From assembly GCA_964591795.1 (NCBI GenBank), contig CAZQEL010000025.1, positions 1-5,254 of the forward strand: 5,254 nt of DNA, written 5' to 3'. The notes beneath the pieces were generated by a model. That model saw only the letters and a program-made list of their open reading frames with translations. It was not told the origin of the DNA and ran no database searches. Positions 1 to 5,254 of this stretch are shown here, piece after piece. How positions within the stretch are numbered: position 1 is the stretch's first letter; the number at the start of each line of letters is the position of its first letter. The translations under genes were made by a program, and so were the position numbers. The DNA is from an uncultured archaeon. GTDB lineage: Archaea > Iainarchaeota > Iainarchaeia > Iainarchaeales > CSSED10-239.

Positions 1-645
1 ATCCATAACACCTTTTTTATATACTAAATAATCATTTATATTTGAAAATGTTGGAGGAGTATTAAAATTATCAAACGGTAAAAAAAATTTAATTTTATTG
101 TTTTTATCAATTAAATCATCTAATAAAAAAAAATGAACATATCCTACGAAATTATCAAATAAATCAAAGAATAGTTTATATCTCAATAAAGTATTATATA
201 ATGGGCTTTTTTCTCCTAAATAAAAAAGACGAATACACTCTAATGTCAAATCAAATCTATCATCAATTAAACTATTAACTCCTCTTTCTTGATTGATAGT
301 GTAATTTCTATCAATTTTTTTATTTGGAAAAATAATATAAGAACCAATAGTAGAACCTGACTTAAAAAGTTGATCAACTTCTTCCAGTATTTGTTTTGTA
401 AGCCAATGTTTTCGTTTATGATTTTTATATGAATTAGTTATTGCGTCACTACCTAAAGAAAATTCACCCAATTCTGATTTATGATATAAATAAATACCAC
501 TTTTATTAATACGTAATTCAAATGTTTTACCATTTGGTAATGGCTTACTCCAAAGTTTTTGATGATATTTTCTAAGTGTTGGACTAGTACTGTCAGGATC
601 ACCACCTCTCGCATCGGAGTAAAAATTAAAATTTATGTCAATCAT
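1..645 (-). CDS. Conserved-looking hypothetical protein, 3'-truncated by the window edge (215 codons visible); function unknown
   Basis: I hand-translated an uninterrupted minus-strand frame from ATG 645..643 to position 1. It has no stop inside the window, which is why the supplied track omits it. An in-frame TAA at 651..649 makes 645 the first possible ATG. The product begins MIDINFNFYSDARGGDPDSTSPTLRKYHQKLWSKPLPNGKTFELRINKSGIYLYHKSELGEF and continues ...TINQERGVNSLIDDRFDLTLECIRLFYLGEKSPLYNTLLRYKLFFDLFDNFVGYVHFFLLDDL... I see no P-loop, HExxH, DEAD or PD-ExK signature. The SD is weak (AAGAAG about 13 nt upstream). It is co-directional with the RM operon. Confidence 0.8.
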   Translation of the reverse strand, partial: MIDINFNFYSDARGGDPDSTSPTLRKYHQKLWSKPLPNGKTFELRINKSGIYLYHKSELGEFSLGSDAITNSYKNHKRKHWLTKQILEEVDQLFKSGSTIGSYIIFPNKKIDRNYTINQERGVNSLIDDRFDLTLECIRLFYLGEKSPLYNTLLRYKLFFDLFDNFVGYVHFFLLDDLIDKNNKIKFFLPFDNFNTPPTFSNINDYLVYKKGVMD

Positions 646-819
646 TATTTAAAACCAACTTCTTTAATTCTTTTAATATCTCAACCTCAGCAAACGTATC
701 AAGCTCACAATAGATCTCCAAATTTTTTCTGATTTTAGCAACTTCTTTTTTTTTAACGGTTAATATTTTTTTTAATTTTTAATACTGACCATCACATTAC
801 AAAGATAGATCCAATTAAT

Positions 820-847
820 ATAATAGTATTTTTTTAACAATTAACAA
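820..847 (-). promoter_or_regulatory. Candidate sigma70-type promoter for the downstream hypothetical gene (TTGTTA-N16-TATTAT)
   Basis: On the minus strand, TTGTTA lies at 847..842 and TATTAT at 825..820, separated by 16 nt. This sits inside the 212-bp gap between the hydrolase stop (858) and the next ATG (645). The -35 is one copy of a tandem TTGTTAA TTGTTAA repeat (847..834). Such hexamers arise easily by chance in DNA this AT-rich. Confidence 0.25.
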
Positions 848-857
848 TATATAAAAT

Positions 858-1541
858 TCACACATTTAAATTAGCCCCATTTATTTTTAACCAATTTACT
901 TTTTCTCTATAATTTGGTATAATTGATTCTACTGTTTCCCAAAATTCTTTGCTGTGATTAGGTATATTTATATGTACAAGTTCATGTACAATAATATAAT
1001 CTATAATAGTAATTGGAGCAAGTATAACTTTCCAATGAAAATTTATACCTTTATCCGTTTTGGATCCCCATCTATTTTTTAAATCTATAATTTTAATATC
1101 TATTGATTTAACTCCAATTTTTTTAATAAAATAATCAACTCTTTTTGGAATGTATTCTTTTGCCTTTTCCTTATAAAATTTTATAAAAAGAGATTTGCCT
1201 TTTGAAACTTTATCTTCACGTATTAGAAAATAATTTTGACTTAATTTAAAACATAAAAAACTCTCTTTTATTATCTTAAGTTTATAACTATTACCCATAA
1301 AAAGAAAACCCTCTCCATCAATTATTTGTCGGGATACTTTTGTTTTATTTAAATATTTAAACTCACAGATTGATTTTTGAATCCAATAAATCTTGTCATC
1401 TATTATTGCTTCGATTTTATTTTTTTGTAAATCTTTTGGCACTCTTAAAATAATATTACCTGCTGGTTCTATATAAATACTTATAGTCTTTCTTTCACTT
1501 CTTGCAAGTTTGTAAGTAATATCTTTATATGTTTGAATCAT
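858..1541 (-). CDS. DUF45 / YgjP-like HExxH zinc-dependent hydrolase (annotated in databases as M48 family metallopeptidase)
   Basis: This is a 227-aa ORF. Its C-terminal signature LKNRWGSKTDKGINFHWKVILAPITIIDYIIVHELVHINIPNHSKEFWETV matches the family pattern RWGS...I.FNW.L...P....DY.V.HEL.H....NHS..FW. HELVH is encoded at 986..972. The ATG at 1541..1539 overlaps the hsdR TGA at 1540..1538 (ATGA). A strong SD lies upstream. Confidence 0.9.
   Translation of the reverse strand: MIQTYKDITYKLARSERKTISIYIEPAGNIILRVPKDLQKNKIEAIIDDKIYWIQKSICEFKYLNKTKVSRQIIDGEGFLFMGNSYKLKIIKESFLCFKLSQNYFLIREDKVSKGKSLFIKFYKEKAKEYIPKRVDYFIKKIGVKSIDIKIIDLKNRWGSKTDKGINFHWKVILAPITIIDYIIVHELVHINIPNHSKEFWETVESIIPNYREKVNWLKINGANLNV
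972..986 (-). other. HExxH metal-binding/catalytic motif (HELVH) of the DUF45 hydrolase
   Basis: The reverse complement of 972..986 is CATGAACTTGTACAT, which reads H-E-L-V-H. It is followed by NIPNHSKEFW, which supplies the usual third-ligand region of this family. Confidence 0.85.
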
Positions 1542-4500
1542 TTTAATATCTCCTTCATTCTATTTTTTGCAAGTTTCATAAAGTCAGAAACTAATTGTTC
1601 TTTATGTTCAATTAAAATAGGTATTTGAGAGTACAAAATTTTATCATCAATAATAGCTCTTAAGTCTTTTTGTTTTTTAGGATTATTCCAGAATCCAATT
1701 TTACCGATTTCCATTCTTATCATATCAACAATGTCAATAATAAGATTTTTTATATTTTCCTTCTCTTTTTTCGGAATATTTTTAGTTTTATAAGAAACTT
1801 CTTTTAATAAATCGTAAAAAGGTGCATGTTTTTTAGCATCTAAACCTTTATCTTCTGATTTTCTACCTTCTTTGACTTCTTCTCGTAAACTTTTTAGAAG
1901 TTTGACTTGTTCATCCCAATTTTCTTTAAACTTCTTTAGAATTTCTTCTAATTTTTCACTTATTTTTTTATAATAAATTGGATCAGAATTTAACATAACT
2001 TTACAATGCTTTCTAATAGCGTGTTCCATTTCTGAAGCTTGAGATTTTGATGATTTATTTTTATTAACTTGTTCTTCAAAATCATCTGAAGTAATATCTA
2101 CTTCTTTTATTTTTGTGTTAATTCCTATTGATACTAAATAATCATCAATGAGTTTTCTTACTTTATTACCTGCACCTAAAATATTAATTGAATCATCCCT
2201 AAATCTACTTTGTGCCCTTTTATGTATGTGACCAAAGGCTTTTAGCGCAGGAATATAGTTTCTTGCAATTGGTTTTGACATTAATATATCCATGCTTTTG
2301 AGAAATAATTTAAATTTAACATTAAAATCAGCTCTTGTTTTTACATCTTCAAGAGCATCCAAACAAGATTCTAAAACATTTAGTTGTTCATTTACAGATT
2401 TTATTTTATAATTAATATATTCTTCAATATTAAGCACTTTCTTCTTTTTGAACAGTTTTACTAGTTGTTCATATCTATGTTTAAGGATAGGAAGCTCTGT
2501 ATTCACATTGGTAAAAACATCATCTAATTGTAAATCGTCAGCTCTATATGCTTTTAATGCTTCATTGAGATGATTTGTAATTCCATAATAATCAACAACA
2601 TAACCCACATCTTTTCCTTTTGTAACTCTATTTACTCTTGCGATTGCTTGAAGCAAAGTATGATCGGTCATTCTTTTATCTACATACATTACTTGCTCTA
2701 TAGGTGCATCAAAACCAGTTAATAACATATCTTTAACTATTAAAAAACCAATACTTGTATTAGGTTTAGATAGGTTATATTTACTTTTAAAATTAATATT
2801 TTCTTCTCCTAATTTATCAACTGCTTGTTTAGCAAATCTTATTGTTTCAGGTTTATCATTATTTTTCCAAGTTATACGACATACAGATGTAACAAATTGC
2901 ATTTTTTTAATTAGCTCTTTATCTGCATTCGACTTTTTAGAGTATTCAGATATATATTCTTTCAATGATTCATCAATTGCATTTTTGTACCTAACTGCTG
3001 CAATTCTGCTACTTGCAACAATTTGTGCTTTAAATCCATTATCAAAAATGGTATTGAAATAATGATTTATAATATCTTTAGAAATTTTCTTTATTCTCTT
3101 ATCAGATTCTAATACATTTCCTTTTGTTCCGTATTTCTTTTTAATTTCAATGAGTTCTTCTTTTGTTTTATCTTCAAACATATCTTCAAACTCAACTTCC
3201 ATTTTATCTTTATTTTTTATTCTAGATCTAACAGTTTTACCTTCATATTTTATTCTTAATGTAGAACCATCAGCAATGGATTCTTTCATCCGATATTTAT
3301 CAATATAATCTCCAAATCTCTCGAAAGTTTTTTGCTTTACTTTTTGAGCAATTAAAGGAGTTCCAGTAAAAGCCACTCTTGTTGATTTTGGTAATGATAT
3401 AACTATATTATCTCCAAAAATTCCGCTTTGTGTTCTGTGTGCTTCATCAACTAATACAAGTATATTTTCAGAAGGATTTAATACAGGAAATTCTTCATAA
3501 TCAGGAAGTTCATCTTCTGTTCTTTTATTATTAGTTCTTTTTAAGAACTTTTGAGCCATTACCATCACTAAATTGCTAGTGTCAGTTTTTAATTCACTTG
3601 TTAATTGTTTAGTATCCTTCATGACATAAGGTTTTTCAGCAATTCCTGCTGTATCTTTTAATTGACCTTCTAAATCAGTTCTATCAGTTACTATTACAAT
3701 TTTAAATTTTTTAAGTTCTTCAATTGTTCTTAATTTTTTAATTAAAAAAACCATAGACATAGATTTTCCTGAACCTTGAGTGTGCCAAACAACACCTGAT
3801 CTTTCTTCAGGAGTGCCTTTATTTTGTAATCTATCAATTACTTTATTTACTGCCCTATATTGATGATATCTTCCAACAATTTTAATTATTCCTTTCTCTG
3901 TTTGGTCATAGATAACGAAATTCCTAATTAAGTTTAAAATGCCTTCCTTTGTTAAAATTCCCTCAATTAATTTATCTTGAGAACTCCATTTTGGATTTAA
4001 TTTAGTTGGATAAGTGTCTTTCCATTCAAGATAATGATCATATTCTGAAGTGATTGAACCCATTCTCGCTTCATCAAAATCTGTTACTATCATTAATTGA
4101 TTGTAATGAAATAATCTTTCATTTCCTTCAGTTTCAAATACATCTTCTCTAGTATTAGAATATCTTTTGAGTTGTGTAATAGCTTCTTCCATAGCATCTA
4201 CTTCAATTTGTGTAGGATATTTACATTCTATTACACTAATAGGAATACCATTAACGAATAAAACAACATCTGGAAGAATATAATCTCTTAAAGTTCCAGG
4301 AGTATTAACTCTAAATTGATTCATAGCCAAAAAATCATTATTTGTTGGTGTATCAAAATCAATAATTTTTATTGATTCAGGTTTTGAGTTAGGAATATTA
4401 TTATTTTTCTTTGCAGGGGGTTCAAGTAATAATTCCCAAAAATCTTTATTTGCAGTAATTAATCCTTTTCTTAATCCAATTCGATTAACTTCTTGAAAAA

Positions 4501-4711
4501 CTTCTTCTATTTGTTCATCATCAAGCCAGTCATTCAAGTTTTTGATTGCTTCTTTAAATCTTTTTTCTAATAAAACTTCATTAAAATCATTTCTTAAAGT
4601 TAAATGTGGAATATATTTATTATCTTCATTTTCAGAAAGAATTATATCCCAACCTTTCTTTTCTAGATTAAGCACAAATGGTTTTTCCACATATGCAAAT
4701 TCGTTGCTCAT
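1538..4711 (-). CDS. hsdR: Type I restriction enzyme R subunit (HsdR), full length; start re-assigned to the second in-frame ATG
   Basis: Residue numbers follow the 1062-aa track ORF.
- Nuclease motifs: PDVVLFVNGIPISVIECK (D153, E167, K169) plus QLKRY (QxxxY, 185-189).
- SF2 helicase motifs: motif I TQGSGKS (3781..3761), motif II VDEAH (DEAH at 3448..3437), motif III FTGTP, motif VI QAIARVNR (2650..2627).
- A long helical K/E-rich C-terminal region typical of HsdR.
- Start choice: the ATG at 4711..4709 (MSNEFAYVEKPF...) is preceded by GAGGTG with a 5-nt spacer. The track start at 4726 has no SD. Confidence 0.95.
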   Translation of the reverse strand: MSNEFAYVEKPFVLNLEKKGWDIILSENEDNKYIPHLTLRNDFNEVLLEKRFKEAIKNLNDWLDDEQIEEVFQEVNRIGLRKGLITANKDFWELLLEPPAKKNNNIPNSKPESIKIIDFDTPTNNDFLAMNQFRVNTPGTLRDYILPDVVLFVNGIPISVIECKYPTQIEVDAMEEAITQLKRYSNTREDVFETEGNERLFHYNQLMIVTDFDEARMGSITSEYDHYLEWKDTYPTKLNPKWSSQDKLIEGILTKEGILNLIRNFVIYDQTEKGIIKIVGRYHQYRAVNKVIDRLQNKGTPEERSGVVWHTQGSGKSMSMVFLIKKLRTIEELKKFKIVIVTDRTDLEGQLKDTAGIAEKPYVMKDTKQLTSELKTDTSNLVMVMAQKFLKRTNNKRTEDELPDYEEFPVLNPSENILVLVDEAHRTQSGIFGDNIVISLPKSTRVAFTGTPLIAQKVKQKTFERFGDYIDKYRMKESIADGSTLRIKYEGKTVRSRIKNKDKMEVEFEDMFEDKTKEELIEIKKKYGTKGNVLESDKRIKKISKDIINHYFNTIFDNGFKAQIVASSRIAAVRYKNAIDESLKEYISEYSKKSNADKELIKKMQFVTSVCRITWKNNDKPETIRFAKQAVDKLGEENINFKSKYNLSKPNTSIGFLIVKDMLLTGFDAPIEQVMYVDKRMTDHTLLQAIARVNRVTKGKDVGYVVDYYGITNHLNEALKAYRADDLQLDDVFTNVNTELPILKHRYEQLVKLFKKKKVLNIEEYINYKIKSVNEQLNVLESCLDALEDVKTRADFNVKFKLFLKSMDILMSKPIARNYIPALKAFGHIHKRAQSRFRDDSINILGAGNKVRKLIDDYLVSIGINTKIKEVDITSDDFEEQVNKNKSSKSQASEMEHAIRKHCKVMLNSDPIYYKKISEKLEEILKKFKENWDEQVKLLKSLREEVKEGRKSEDKGLDAKKHAPFYDLLKEVSYKTKNIPKKEKENIKNLIIDIVDMIRMEIGKIGFWNNPKKQKDLRAIIDDKILYSQIPILIEHKEQLVSDFMKLAKNRMKEILK
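1549..1556 (-). promoter_or_regulatory. Shine-Dalgarno site for the DUF45 hydrolase gene (GAAGGAGA)
   Basis: The minus strand reads GAAGGAGATATTAAAATG. The AGGAG core lies at 1554..1550, 8 nt before ATG 1541. It is embedded in the last codons of hsdR. Confidence 0.7.
3437..3781 (-). other. HsdR helicase/translocase motifs I (Walker A) through II (DEAH)
   Basis: The reverse complement of 3761..3781 is ACTCAAGGTTCAGGAAAATCT, which reads TQGSGKS. The reverse complement of 3437..3448 is GATGAAGCACAC, which reads DEAH. Confidence 0.9.
4160..4270 (-). other. HsdR PD-(D/E)xK endonuclease core with QxxxY motif (apparently intact)
   Basis: Codon 4270..4268 is GAT (D153). ECK ends at 4220. The reverse complement of 4160..4174 is CAACTCAAAAGATAT, which reads QLKRY. 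All catalytic positions expected for an active HsdR nuclease are present. Confidence 0.85.
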
Positions 4712-5254
4712 GCTGACACCTCGCATTGAATTAATTCTTGAATCTTTTCGGATTTATTTCCAGTAAGCAAATCTTGCATAAGTCCTGCTTTAATATTTTG
4801 GAGTTTTGATAATGTTTCTTCTTCGGATTTAATATTATTATCTATTGCATTTAATCTATCAACAATTTGTTGTTGTTCCTCTTTTGAGGGAGGGTATGCA
4901 AAAGGCATGTTTAAAAAATCCTTATGTTTTAAATCAGGAATGGTCGTAGTGCCTGCTAAATCAAGAATTAGATTCTTTATTTGAGTCATTGACAAGTAAT
5001 ACATCACATAATCTTTAATTAATTTTTTTCGATCATATTTTACAATAAAAAAATTATTATGGAAAACTCCTTCTTGATTTGTAATAATTTGCCCTGTATT
5101 TCCAGTTCTTGTCATTAAGATATCATCTCTAGTACATATTACTGATTGGAGTGGGTTTTGAACATATTCTGCAAAATATATGTTTTTTTTGTTTAAATAT
5201 TGAATTGTAATATAGACGTATCTGTTTTCTCCTGATCTCGTATGCCTTTCAGAA
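4708..5254 (-). CDS. hsdS: Type I restriction-modification specificity subunit (HsdS), C-terminal part; 5' end lies beyond the right edge
   Basis: The track ORF (4708..5115) starts at an internal Met. By hand translation the same frame stays open upstream to the window edge: SERHTRSGENRYVYITIQYLNKKNIYFAEYVQNPLQSVICTRDDILMTRTGNTGQ... The DDILMTRTGNTG segment is a typical target-recognition-domain element. The C-terminus PPSKEEQQQIVDRLNAIDNNIKSEEETLSKLQNIKAGLMQDLLTG matches the conserved HsdS helical spacer (P..EQ..I...L......L..LK.GLMQ.LLTG). The TGA at 4710..4708 overlaps the hsdR ATG. Confidence 0.9.
   Translation of the reverse strand, partial: SERHTRSGENRYVYITIQYLNKKNIYFAEYVQNPLQSVICTRDDILMTRTGNTGQIITNQEGVFHNNFFIVKYDRKKLIKDYVMYYLSMTQIKNLILDLAGTTTIPDLKHKDFLNMPFAYPPSKEEQQQIVDRLNAIDNNIKSEEETLSKLQNIKAGLMQDLLTGNKSEKIQELIQCEVSA
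4717..4722 (-). promoter_or_regulatory. Shine-Dalgarno site for hsdR (GAGGTG)
   Basis: The minus strand reads ATGCGAGGTGTCAGCATGAGC. GAGGTG lies at 4722..4717, followed by a 5-nt spacer and ATG 4711..4709. It sits inside the last codons of hsdS. Confidence 0.7.

Noticed and set aside
752-764. The near-palindrome TTAACGGTTAA flanked by T runs, considered as a possible rho-independent terminator after the hydrolase gene.
   Set aside because: The stem would be 5 bp of mostly A/T pairs with a 1-nt loop, which is not a stable hairpin. I found no GC-rich stem followed by a U-tract anywhere in 646..857, so no terminator is called.
4712-4726. The track's hsdR start at ATG 4726 (MRGVSMSNEF...), which gives a 19-nt overlap with hsdS.
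   Set aside because: No SD lies upstream of 4726 (CAAGAATTAATTCA). The ATG at 4711 has GAGGTG with a 5-nt spacer and forms the canonical ATGA overlap with the hsdS stop. HsdR N-termini commonly begin close to the M..E...E...I..L...GW segment.
4542-4766. A 74-aa plus-strand ORF in the supplied track.
   Set aside because: It lies entirely antisense to the well-supported hsdR N-terminus and the hsdS C-terminus. Its product is low-complexity and rich in L, S and F, with no recognisable motif. It has no SD. This is a typical shadow ORF opposite a real gene.
5183-5190. Homopolymer tracts as possible phase-variation switches.
- In hsdS: A8 on the coding strand at 5183..5190, and 7-mers at 5023..5029 and 5047..5053.
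- In the hypothetical gene: T9 at 125..133 and T8 at 80..87.
- In the spacer: 746..754 and 766..773.
   Set aside because: All coding tracts are in frame and encode Lys or Phe runs, as expected from AT-biased codon usage. They are at or below the length at which slipped-strand switching is usually convincing. There is no sign of the inverted hsdS cassettes or a recombinase seen in shufflon-type phase-variable Type I loci. The idea is only worth revisiting if population sequencing shows length heterogeneity.
1-5254. Alternative genetic code (TGA read as Trp, as in Mollicutes), suggested by the extreme AT content.
   Set aside because: Trp is encoded by TGG throughout (for example RWGS, FWNN and LWSK). 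TGA functions as the stop codon at both coupled junctions, and motifs are conserved right up to those stops. Standard code 11 fits.
4708-5254. Apparent absence of hsdM, which could suggest an orphan or degenerate Type I system.
   Set aside because: hsdS is still open at the right edge and the operon is read right to left, so hsdM is expected upstream, outside the window. Nothing in the window indicates decay: the hsdR catalytic motifs are all intact.
1-5254. A search for mobile-element hallmarks, CRISPR repeats, and tRNA or rRNA genes.
   Set aside because: I saw no terminal inverted repeats, no transposase- or integrase-like ORF, no regularly spaced direct repeats, and no G+C-rich structured-RNA islands. 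Apart from the 212-bp spacer, the whole window is accounted for by four co-directional coding regions.

Overview
This AT-rich window (about 25-30% G+C by eye) is coded entirely on the minus strand. It holds the distal end of a Type I restriction-modification operon and one unrelated-looking gene.

Gene order, right to left:
- 3' part of hsdS (4708..5254), open to the right edge. hsdM is presumably further right, outside the window.
- Full-length hsdR, with intact PD-(D/E)xK/QxxxY nuclease motifs and SF2 helicase motifs.
- A 227-aa DUF45/YgjP-type HExxH zinc hydrolase ('M48 family').
- A 212-bp very AT-rich spacer.
- A 215-codon open frame (645..1) that runs off the left edge. It is missing from the supplied ORF track. 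It encodes a protein I cannot assign to a named functional family.

Both operon junctions (hsdS/hsdR and hsdR/hydrolase) are 4-nt ATGA stop/start overlaps preceded by good Shine-Dalgarno sequences. The hydrolase is therefore translationally coupled to HsdR.

I see no tRNA, rRNA, CRISPR array, IS element or convincing terminator. The genetic code looks standard: TGG encodes Trp and TGA is used as stop.

The most interesting items are the HsdR-coupled metallohydrolase, whose role in Type I systems is unresolved, and the uncharacterised downstream gene. All family assignments rest on motif recognition by eye; no database search was possible.
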